Assembly (NCBI RefSeq): GCF_018977255.1
Contig: NW_024704743.1
Location: forward strand, 47,308,001 to 47,372,000
Direction of reading: 5' to 3'
DNA length: 64,000 bases
Origin: Callorhinchus milii
Taxonomy: Eukaryota
The position numbers were made by a program, and so were the translations under genes. Shown one piece after another: positions 24,601 through 36,105 of the stretch (within the stretch, counting starts at the first letter, position 1; each line of letters starts with the position of its first letter). A model generated the notes under the pieces. The model saw only the letters and a list, made by a program, of their open reading frames with translations. It searched no databases and was not told the origin of the DNA.

Positions 24601-26944
24601 ATTCTATTATTATCATGTCTTGGACCTCTATACAGTGACAGGGGGTTGACGCTGAGTAAGGAGAAGAGGGAGGTGACCATATGTGCGATACAAGAGATAA
24701 GTATTCAGGTGAGATTTGAAGATAGATAAAGACTGAACCAGACAGAGGGATTGAAGCAGGAAATTTCAGAGATTAGAGGTGTGGAGCCTGAAGGCTCGAT
24801 CACCGATCGCCATGATCAGTCAGTCATGATCCTGTGGCCTAGAACTAAGTTTGGGAATGAAACCCGATTCCACTTTTATCACTTAGTTTAGTGCCAAACT
24901 CTCCAAGTCAAGGTACAGCTCCCCCTCTCACCAGCATTGTGCCTCATTTCCAGTTGCAGGAAAGCAGTCCCGACTGTTCCGGTATGACATTTTTCCATTT
25001 CCCATTTCCCAACCTTATGGCTTCTAAACAAGATTGTTGATTTGGAGCCAATTCAAGCTGAGGTATTGTCAACCTTTGTGTTGTGGATTCACGCCGAGTA
25101 AAAACTGTGCTGCACTTGTTTACATAGGATCGCTGGAGTTTTCAAGGAAAGACCACTTTCACTTGTCAAACGGTTGAATTGAAGTTCAGATTCTACAAGT
25201 GAAGGGGAACAAAATAATAATCCACTGAATCACCCATTCCTCAGACTATTATATTCTGACTAAAATGGTGTAATGTTATTTAACTTCTGCTGATTGGAGG
25301 GGGTTATATATTGAAATAGTTTAGCTTTTATTTTGTACTGTGATAACGATTTTATCAATTGTTGATAAGCTTAACAAACAGTAAGTGATTGCCAACTTTA
25401 CTTTAATATTCACACTTCTGTATTGTTTCGCAACTTGGTTTTGAATACAAGCCAACACCGCACCTTACCAAATAAGGGTAAGTGTTGGACTGAATTCAAT
25501 ATAAACTAACTCAAGGTTTCAGGCCGAAGGATAAAGCAGAACATTTTCCAATATTTTTGAGAATTGGCAAGAATAACTTAAAATAATTCTAGTTAGTGAT
25601 TGAGAGGAATCAAAACGTAATCTATGGATCTTTTACTTAGCCCCTTCCCATTCCCCCCACTTCCTCTCGGGAAGGCTGAGGTAGGTACTGAATGCTAGTG
25701 AAAGCTTTGTAAGCTCCACCACGACTGTTGTTCTTCGACTATTCATATTAGTCCAACATCAGTTGCAATGTTAAACCCCGGTATAAGTAACAAATGTGTC
25801 TGGTGCCCTCATTTTCACTCTGTTACATTTCTCAGTTACTGCAACTGCTTCAGATTCAGAACTAAATATTGGCTGAGTTTTACAATTTGCCCTGTGAGTA
25901 ACACTGCTGTGATTAGTCCGCTCAGATACACTGGGTCACCTGTAGAATTACCGTATCACTCTCTGCTTCGTGTTTTACTTGTCACAATGTGCGATTGGCC
26001 TATCAACCCTATCTACATAATTCAGTCTCGATGCTTGACTCTATGTCTGTCATTGAACAGGTTAAGTGACCGTCACGTCAGCTCTGCAGACAGACTGTGC
26101 AGTCACTGACTGCAAGTCCAGTGTTTAACATTCAGTCAGTTACCCCCACAGTCTGTCTGCAATTGGTTTCTTCCCTATGACATTTCAGAATACAGTAGGT
26201 CTGATGATTTGCAATCAATAAGTTGAGGTTCATATGCAAAGATTTTAATGAGAAAAGATGTATAAATAAATCTTTGGCCAGCAGTTTAACTTAATTGCAT
26301 TTCGAAAGCACTAACTTCCCTCCCTCATATTACACACAAACATTGACTCAGATACGTGTATAAATTGAGTTATGCAATGTTCCAGCAAATATACTTACAG
26401 CAGTATTATTTGATCTGAGAATTCCATAAATCAATTCAAACCACTAAAGGCTGGAGAGAATGAAGCTGGAGAAAGTGGTTTGCCTGATGCAATAGTGATT
26501 TTCAAATGGGAGCTAAAGTCTTAAATAAAGATGACACTATCAGTCATGGCCACATCAGGAAGAGAAGAAAAGCCATAGTGTCATTTATCCTCTCCCACTA
26601 CAGACTGGGTCAGTGTGCAGGATTGATGGCAAGCCATATTTTGTACAGGTGAGGAGTTGGGACAGAAGAGAAGGGGGATGGGGGACTTTGCTCCTGGGAC
26701 TCGCTCGCGGTTTCACCATATCAGAAAGAAGCTATACACATAATTAGACTGTGACATAATGCACTAAACTTAGAGCAGGAATGAGATGATGCAGAAGCCC
26801 AGTCATCTCTTCCAGTGTGGTGAATTAGATTATTGTAGTGCGCTGTGCATTTCAGGATTTAAAGGCGTAGTGTTCCTGAGTGAGCCTGAGGTATAGGCAG
26901 TAAAGGTGTCAATTACAGGTCATGGGGTCACCGCTGCCCAGCAG

Positions 26945-28615
26945 TCAACTCTGGCAAACACATCTGTGGTTTACCTAATGCCAAATGCGAAGAGGTCTTC
27001 GATTTCTTTATCTCCAAGATAGATAGCATCCGCCAGGCCATCCCCTCCTCCTGCCCCTTGTTCCCCACCACCACCTCCCCCCGCCATTCCCCATTCCTTC
27101 TCCACTCACTGCTCCTCCCACAGCTCCTACTATGACCCCAACCTACACTGTTTGCCCCTATCTCTCCTTCCTCCCTCTGATCCTCCAAAACTCAGATAAA
27201 ACCCACCACCTGCTTGCCTTGTTCCCCTCCCCACCCAGTTTCTGGTCACTTAGCTTCCCCTCCTCCGCCCACTGCTGGCAAACATGATAAATCAGCCACT
27301 CAAGACAGATGTCATCACTCCCCTCCTTAAAAAAATACTCTCAATCCCTTCAACTTTGCACACTACTGTCCCATTTTAAACCTGCCCTTCCTGGCCAAAG
27401 CCCTGGAATGTGTTGTTACAAATCAACTTCACTCACACCTTGCCCTCCACTCCCGACTCATACCTCTCCAGTCCGGTTTTGACCTGCCCGCAGTACAGAC
27501 ACAGCACTTGTCAAAGTAACAAATGATCATCTTCTCTCTCTGTGACCGGGGTTCCCTCTGTCTCTTCATTCTCCTCGACCTCTCCGCCACGGTCGACACA
27601 GTCGACCATGCCATCCTCCTCTATTGTCTCTCCAACCCTCGTCCACCTTAATGGGTCCGCACTCGCATGGTTCGAATTCTACTTAACCAACTGCCAGCAC
27701 TTCATCTTGGCTTTTTCATCCAGTTTTTCCTCCCACCCCCGCCTGGTCACCTATGGGGTGCCCCAAAGCTCCATCCTGGCCCTCTTTCCTCATCTATATG
27801 CTCCCTCTCAACTTCCACATGTATGTGGATGACACACAAATCTACTTCTCCTCCTCCAGCTGCAACTCCCAGTCCGCTGATGTCCTGTCAGTTTGTTTGA
27901 TGGACATCAAGGCCTGGATGAGCACAAATTTCCTACAGCTGAATAATAATAATACTAATAATCCTTGCATTTGATATAATGCTTTTCATGTCGGGAGGAC
28001 GTCCCAAAGCGCTTCACAGAATATACTGTAAAGTGAATTGACTATATTTGTGGGCGAACGCGGCAGCCAATTGTGCACAGCAATGTCCCACAAACAGTCG
28101 TGGATTGAAAATGACCAATTTATTATTATTTTTGGTTTTGGAGGGATTATTATTAGGCGTGTGGACTAAGGAAACTTGCCCAAGGTTTCGCCCTGCCGGG
28201 AATTGAACTCGGGTCTCTCGCTTGCAAAGCGAGTGCTCTAACCACTGAGTTACAGGACTCCACAATGTCGGCAAGATGGAAGCCATACTTTTTGGTCCCT
28301 GTCAACAGCTTCTTTCCTGCAGATTGGAACTCACAACCTCCCGGGCTCTCCCTCAGACTCATTGCACTGGTGCACAACTTAGGCGTCAGGTTCAATTCCC
28401 AGCTTTCTTTTTTACCTCAAACCTTTCCCTGATCAGGATCGCTTTTTTCCACCTCCACTACATTGCCCTCCTCCATTTAAAGATCCTCTCACTCATTTTC
28501 AAATCACTTCATGCCCTCGCACCTCCCCACCTATCCGACCTGCTTACCCCTCACTCCACCACCTGGTGCCTCCGCTCGGCTAACTCCAGCCTGTTGTTTG
28601 TCCCTCGTGCCCTCC
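26945..28615 (+). mobile_element. L2 ORF2 (RT) relic, interrupted by a SINE
   Basis: LLDLSATVDTVDH, GVPQSSIL, YVDDTQ, WMSTNFLQLN motifs, with frameshifts. Confidence 0.88.
27942..28261 (-). mobile_element. Full-length tRNA-Ala-derived SINE inserted into L2 ORF2
   Basis: A/B boxes, anticodon arm CTCGC-TTTGCAA-GCGAG, (ATT)n tail; splits the L2 motif NFLQL|NVGKMEAILFG. Confidence 0.9.
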
Positions 28616-29767
28616 GTATTTCTCCTTATTCAAGTTACCTAATTGGCATTTTCAAGCATTTTGAGAGGTCCTCCCAACTTGAAAGGCATAAGTGTAAATT
28701 GTATTGTATTTTGCAAGTGAACGGGACAATCAATTTGTGCACAGCAATATCTCACAAAGAGCCATGTTTTTAGAGAATTAGAGAATGACTAATGTTATTT
28801 GAGGAAAAATAGGGAAGAAGGGGAGAGAAGTGTGGGAGGGGAAAGCAATATTGTTTTTATTGTCTTGACTAGATTGAGTTTAAAAACAGTCCAAATTCTA
28901 GCTTTGTCAGTGCTGTAAGTAAATTTAACCAGGAGACGATAACGAACCTTCTAACCCAGGAGAGAATGTAGTGCGAGAGCCCAACATGAAGCCAAGTTGA
29001 GGATAACCGAGTCACCTCCATTAGAACATTCTTGAGGTTGAAGCTTTGCACAAAACGATGCAAAAAAACCCAACAACCTCTTTGCATTCTTCCCTTAAAA
29101 AAATTAAAACTAAACAGTGCGGCTTCTCAGAGGATTTTTATTTATAATAAAATAATATTTAATATTGTTAAAAAAAGGAACTACAAGATAACAATAGGTT
29201 AAATGTGGGGGCATTTAAAGGAAATCGATTAAACGGGAAGGCACCATTTTCAACCCATTCGTAGACACGGATTGTTAGAAATGAGTGGCTGCCTCCTTAA
29301 TAATCAAATGAACTGCACAAAATTATTAGAAGCACGTAATCCCTTGGCTGCTTCCTCAGCTTGTCTGGCAATTGTAGTCGCTGTCTGGTGTTTTAACAGT
29401 TGATGCAGCTATTTATAAGTCTATGACTATCACTGCAACAATCTGATGATAACCACAGTGCAACTGGTGTGTCATCTCCAGGATTGTGTGGAGTGGGATG
29501 GAAAATGCAGCTCCTAAGAGCACTCAAGCCTTGTGGCACTGAAAAAGTCCGAAGGAACTGGAGCATGCGTTACCTACTATCAAAGCACACCCTGCTTTTT
29601 CAAGACCATTCATACTTTTAAATTAGAGCAAAATAAGCTTGAGCCCCTGCAGTTTTATAAAATGCGATGTTAAACTTCCCATGATGTACAGAATTAGTTT
29701 CTCAAGTGATTGCGTAAAACAGCTAGTGCAATATCCTGGCCTGGCACTGGTGAAATCATATTGCGTG

Positions 29768-29882
29768 TCATAGAATTATAGAATCTTACAGCACAGAAGG
29801 AGACCATTGAGCCCACTGTGTCAGTGCCGACTCTTTGAAAGAGCTATCCAATTAGTCCCACTCCCCTGCTCTTTCCCCATTA
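29768..29882 (-). mobile_element. CR1-type 3' end (other decayed CR1 pieces ~39795-39860, 43300-43740, 48005-48145, 62690-62900)
   Basis: catagaattatagaatc tail followed by cagcacagaaggagaccatt..gccc, typical of CR1 3' termini. Confidence 0.6.
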
Positions 29883-32800
29883 TTTATCATTGGAGATTGA
29901 TGTGCATTCTGTTTGAGGTAAGGCTGAACGTTTTCTTATCCTGACCTTCAAATCCCTCAGTGCTCTGGCCACATTCTATCTCTTGCTGATGCTGTTATTG
30001 TTGTTGTGCCTCTACAAAAACGACAGCGCTATTCTAACGCTTGCCCCCACTGCTCCTTCAAGGTTTGCTGCTCAAACCTCGCATTTCCTCTCTCCCCGTT
30101 CCACTATTGATGGCTGAAGGTTGTGGGTTTAAAACCAATGGGGTGAGTGCAGCATTGTCGGAAGTGCCATTTCTCAGGTTAAACTGAGGTCCTGTCTGTC
30201 TATTACCAGGAAGATATTGTTGATCCTACAACACAATTTAAAAGAAGGGAAATTCTCCCTGTGTCCTGGTTACCAATCCTACTGGTAAATTGGTCATTAA
30301 TTTCTTGATTGTTTGTTGGACTTTGCTGTGTACAAAATACTTGCCGCATTTGCCTGCATTAAACAAAATCATGACAGAAATTACTGTGAAGCATTTTGAG
30401 TTGCTCTGACATTGCAGCCCATAAAATACACAGTCAATCCACTTTACAGTATATCCCATGAAGCTCTTTGAGAGGTCTCAACGATGTGATGAAGTGCTGG
30501 ATCAAATGCAAGGATTATTATTATTATAGGTGCTATAAGTTCAAGTGCAAGTTCTTTTTTGGTGTGAGTCCTGATACTTTATTTTTTATGTGTGTTTTAA
30601 CTTGAAAAGTCCTGCAATGATTGTCAAATTCAAATACAGCCTGTAATGTTAGCCCAGTGTTTTGACAGCAATGATCTACAGGCACAGTATGAAAATAGAG
30701 CAGTAGATGGCAAGAGTTGAGTTACAGACTCACAAGCTGTAAGAGTGTATCTTGAGCGGTTTATGAATGTCAATAAATCTCTGAGAATGAATAATTGATT
30801 TAAACCCCCTGTCAGGAGCCTGATATTCTTTATAATATTAAACAAATATATTAAATAACAATAGCTCTTTCTTACCATTGACTTACACAGTAGAGAATAG
30901 GTGAAAGGGCAATTAAACTAATAAATAGATAGGAGAATAGTACAGGGCAGCTCTGCTGTAATACACTTATAATAATAATAACTCCTGCATTTGATATAGC
31001 GCCTGATAAAGTCCTTGCAATGTCTCAAAGTGCTTAAAAGGATATAATGTAAAGTGATGCAATTGTGTGTACTTTGTAGACCAACTACATAGTGCACAAA
31101 GTTTGTTTCGCCCACAAATATACAGTCGATTCACTTTACAGCATATTCTGTAAAGCGCTTTGAGACGTCTAGAAGATGTGAAAAGCGCTATATCAAATGC
31201 AAGGATTATTATATTATAGTCTGAATTTGGTTATGAGGTAGTTGAATTGCGGACTTTGTTCATTGCACATATACACAAACAGTCCAATTATGTATCAGGG
31301 ACAGTTCTGAAAATTCAAAGCGACACACCAATTCGACAAAGGTTAGTTGTGCCTGAAATCCATAAGATGGATAACTCCAGCATGTTTGAAATTCCAGGAT
31401 CATTCTCAGCAGAAAACGAAACCTTTCGAAGGTAACAATTCTGATTGGGTAAGTACATGTTACATTATGTGATCCTATGTTGGTGTTACCTCCTTGAACT
31501 CTACCTCCGCGACCTCCTGCAGCCCTCCTGCCCTGGCACTCTCTCCGCTCATCGAACACCAGCCTGCTTCCTGTCCCTTGCCCTATCTGTCCCACCATAA
31601 GCTATTCTGCGCCCGCTCTCTAGAACCTCATTCTCTACTTATTTATTCCTCTCCTCCTTTGAAGCCCATCTTTCTATTCAACTGATGACACCTTTGGTTT
31701 ACTTCAACTCCTCCCAATCCCCCTTCCCACCTTCCTTTCTCAACTCCTCCATTGCCAATGGGCTCCCAGCGTGAAACATTGTGAGATATCCTCCTGACAT
31801 GCTGTATAAATGTAAAATTGTCATTGTTGTTATGTTCATTAATAGCTGAGGCCGTGTCTCGTTTGAGGAAACAGCAGAGTACACTGTACTGGGGTGACAA
31901 GTCTAAAGCCAGCACCTGGCATTCCCCACACAGTGAGCTCCCCACTTCAGTCATTCACTGTCAGAGGCTGCCAGGTGAAGGCTCGACTTTTTACCATGAG
32001 AACAGGATGAAAACATGCAGCACTCGGGTTTGAAGCTTCTGGACCCAAAATCAAATGGTAACCTATCCCCACCGCTCAGCCTTCATATGATTCCAAAACG
32101 CAAGTGGGTCAATTACTTCCCACAGATGGAAGATGGTTTACTTTTTGGTAGAACTACTGCTCGCAAGTTGTTTATCTGGTTTCTACCACATGTTAATGTG
32201 GTCAGAGAAAAATAACTAAAAATATACTTCAATTGGTGGCTTGTGATCTTGTACTGCCTAATGAGGTTAGGGGAGCAGATATCATAGATAATTTCAAGAG
32301 AGAATTAGCTGGCTATAGATTAATAATAATGATAATAATGCTAGTCTTTGTTATCACACCGTTTAAATGTTTCAAAGGGCTTCAGAGGATATACTGTAAA
32401 GTGACTGTGTATATTTTGTGGACGAACACACCATGAGGTGAATGGGTGTGTGAAAGAAATTGAGCAGTGGTATTTTAGAAATTAAAGACCATTTTAGATG
32501 GAACATAGCGGTCTTTTCCGGTCACACAAAATCTGAGAAACAATGAAGACGTGGATAGAAGGGATAGTATTTCAAACCACCTGAAAGTCCATCCCACTGT
32601 TTGTCCAGGTCGGACCATCCTATCCTTTAGAGCTTTGGCTTTCAGGGTTAACAGAAGCTTAGTATGAAGAATCCCTGTCCTCAGTTCAACTCCAAGGAGC
32701 CTCTGCTTAACTCTTCCCCAAGGAGGCTAGTTCTGGATAGTCTGTAGCTTGTGTTGGGAGGAACTTAGGAGTGTGGTGAGCAACTATCCAAGTAACAGAG

Positions 32801-33924
32801 CCTGGAGGAAATGAAGGCGTGGATAGGAAGGTCGGTATTTCACATCCAGATGGTTGAACAATACTTTCCATGAGTATTGCTGGCATTTTATGTTTTTGAA
32901 AGGACAATGATAATGATAATAATAATAATAAATGATTAACTCTTCCCCAAGGAGGCTAGTTCTGGATAGTCTGTAGCTTGTGTAGGGAGGAACTTAGGAG
33001 AGTGGTGAGCAACCATCCAAGTAACAGAGCAATGATATCTGTTTGTGAATGCTTTGATCATCAAGGCAGATAAGTTACAAAATTAAATATAAATTCTATT
33101 TGCCGCTAACCTTTCCACCAGTTCACTATCAGTTTTAATGTATCAACAATTAATTATGAAAAATTGTATTGCAATTACACCTTTGATATTGATAAAACAA
33201 ACTCCCCTCTATTTGTCTCACAAAAACAAATGTATCCAGAGGTAAATTATTTCTTGTAGTCGATGACTGTTGTGATTTGATATTTCAGTTTCTAGATTAT
33301 AGATGAAAACCTCTGTTAAAACCAATTCATGCAAAGTTTATTTAGTTGAAGAACTATAGAATACTGAAGCCATATAGGACGATGATTTAATCATCACTGT
33401 TACCTTTATCACACTACAGTGTGGTGTTTCTAACCATGCTATACATCACACAGTTCTGTGAAAGAGTGCAGCTAAATACAATGGGAAGGGAAATGTTTTC
33501 CTTTGCCAAGGGACTGTGAGCTTCACCTCCCAACTAAAGTTTCAAATAGATTCAGAACCTCTGTACTGGATTACCTCATTAATTGGTTCTTGTTAGTTCA
33601 TCTGTTAATAATCATGAAACTAGATCTCACTGCAGTCTTTTCACATTGTTTGCTCAAAGTGCTTAAGTAAATCAGCCAAACTATTGAACTCGCTGCCTAT
33701 TGGAAACACTCAAACAGTTCTCACCCGTACTGTGTTAGTATTTCAAGTCTATAGACAGTTAATTACTACCAGTAGGTGTGTTCATTTGTTCATTTATGTT
33801 ACAATTCCTATTTGGCTTGACCTTCTTAACCCAAGGTATGATCTTCTGCTCTGGTGACCTGCTGTCCTCCTTGGGTGGATTAAGCAGGGTCTCTTTGGAG
33901 CTGAGTTAGCTCCAAGGTGATGGC

Positions 33925-34360
33925 CTGGCAATGGAATATCAGAATGTAGTCAATGATCTGTGGTGGTCTCGGTAGTCTGGTTCCTGAGCCAGACTGGTCT
34001 GAAGTAGTCCGGGGCACTGCTGATGGTAGACCAGCTAACCGCTTTGCCAGCAGGACCTAGAGGGGCGCACTGGTCACTGGGGTCAGGGACTCTTCCAACT
34101 CAGCTGCCGCTAACCCTGCAAACCAAAGCCCAATGGGTAGGGTAGTCCGAGCTGGATAAGCACTGGAAAGCTTGCCAGACAGTGCTCTTGCCAGCCTGCG
34201 CCTAATATCCTCTGGAATTAGGTAATCCTTCTGGGGCATTCCATTCCAACTCCCAGGTATATGTGGAATACATATGTGGAACTCTCAGTATAGTTTGGAT
34301 ACACTTAAACATGGTGATGGACATCTGCGTATGTCAGATGCTTAGCTGACTAAAACACAA
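33925..34360 (+). repeat. Unclassified interspersed repeat (copies 36188-36810 +, ~60063-60490 -)
   Basis: Colinear similarity among three copies, with a shared terminus ..gctgac(t/ac/c)aaaaca. Confidence 0.7.
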
Positions 34361-34869
34361 TGCTCTGGTGCTGTGCTCATGGCAAGTTCCTGTAACTGTA
34401 CTTTTTTTGTTTCATCTCACACAATGGTATCATGATACAGCTGATTCAGCTTCCAATTGCAGATGAGCTGTTGTCAGCAAGATTGAATTCTCTCCACAGA
34501 AAAAATTCTAAATAATTCCCAGTGTTCATTTTCAGTAGAAAATAAGTAACGGTAAATAAACCACTATCCACAAACCACAACACATTTCAGAGGGTACTGG
34601 AGCTGAATAGATATTTCGACAGTTTGACTGTCAGTGCGGAAAACAAGCGTCTGCCACCTAGAATCTATCCAATCTTGGATTTCTGAATCTTAAACAGATA
34701 GTAATGACACATATTTTCTGTAACAGCCTAATGAATTGCTAGAGGCGGCTTAAACTCGCCTGGCACACGTATTAAGATGAATGTCTAGATGTGCTCTGTT
34801 TGAATTGAATTTAAAGTGCTTGGTTCAATCCAAGTTTGCATTTCTATGACCTCTCACCTCCCCAAAAGA

Positions 34870-35113
34870 GGCAACCAATTGCGCACAGCAGTGTCCTACA
34901 AACATTCGTGGATTGAGTGACTAAATCATTATTACTTTTTTTTTGAAGAGATTATTATCCCCGGAAAAGTGATCCACCAATCACCTAAAAAACGGGTTCC
35001 TCCTTCCCGCTAAACAGAGGTGTGTGGGGCAAGGAAACTTGCCCTAAGTTTCGTCCTGTCTGTGAATTGAACCCAGGTCCTTTTGCAAGGCAGGTTCTCT
35101 GACCACTAAGCTA
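34870..35113 (-). mobile_element. tRNA-SINE, head plus body
   Basis: Homologous to the 62006-62399 copy; lacks tail. Confidence 0.75.
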
Positions 35114-35236
35114 CTCTACAACTTCAGGCTTAATGAAGGTGTGAAGTTAATAATTTCTCCTCCAAATGGACTAGGTTTGAATGGGATGGTGTACAGAACA
35201 ACAGTTGTAAATAGCATCTGCAAATGTGTAAGTGGT

Positions 35237-36105
35237 AACAACAACAACAACAATTAGATTACATTTGTATAGCGCCTTTCACGTCAGGAGGACATCCCAA
35301 GACACTGGACAGTGTACAGCATTTCAGACCCGAGCTGGGGTCAGGGAGGGAGAAGGGAGAGGAGGGTGTGGCTGATGGCATGGTTGAAGAGGAGGCTTTC
35401 GAGGCAGGACTTGCAGGACGCTAAGGAGGGGGCGAGGCGGAGTGATTGGGGGATAGAGTTCCAGAGGTTGGGGGCAGAGTGGCTGAATGCCCTCCCGCCA
35501 ATGGTGGGGCGGGTGGGTTGGGGGACGTGGAGCAGGCCAGAGCCAGCTGAGCGGAGGGAGCGAGCAGGTTGGTAGGGGGTTAGGAAGTCGCAGAGGTAGG
35601 GTGGGACGAGGCCATGGAGGGCTTTGTAGGTGAGGACCAGGATCTTGAACTGGATCCTCTGAAGGATAGGGAGCCAATGGAGTCGGGCGAGAATGGGGGA
35701 GATGGGGTCACGGAGTTTGGTGCAGGAGAGGACACGGGCTGCAGAGTTTTGGATTATCTGCAGCCTGTGGAGGGAGGAGTTGGGAAGGCCAACAAGCAGG
35801 GCATTTGCATAGTGGAGCCTGGAGGTGATGAAGGCATGAACAAGAGTTTCAGTGGCCTGAGGGGTAAGGTAGTGGCAGAGTCGGGCGATGTTACGGAGGT
35901 GAGAGGGTCATGGGTTGAATGTGGGGGAGAAAAGACAGTTGAGGGTCGAACAAAACACCCAGGTTCCTGACTGGCTTGGTGAGTTGAAGTGTGCAGCCAT
36001 GGAGGTTGATGCTGCCAGAGCCTGAGGTGCTGAGGCGCTGGCGCGAGGCAATCAGGAGGGCCTCAGTCTTGTTCACATTCAACTGTAGGAAACTTGGCCT
36101 CATCC
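35237..36105 (-). mobile_element. L2 LINE 3' part
   Basis: FLQLNVNKTEALLI..VRNLGVLFD; (CAA)n tail; very similar to the 17479-17953 copy. Confidence 0.9.

Noticed and set aside
28190..28261. tRNA-Ala gene
   Set aside because: No 3' acceptor stem or terminator; continues into a SINE body.
31285..31431. Possible plus-strand exon ending AAG|gtaaca
   Set aside because: Poor polypyrimidine tract, no recognisable protein, no partner exons.
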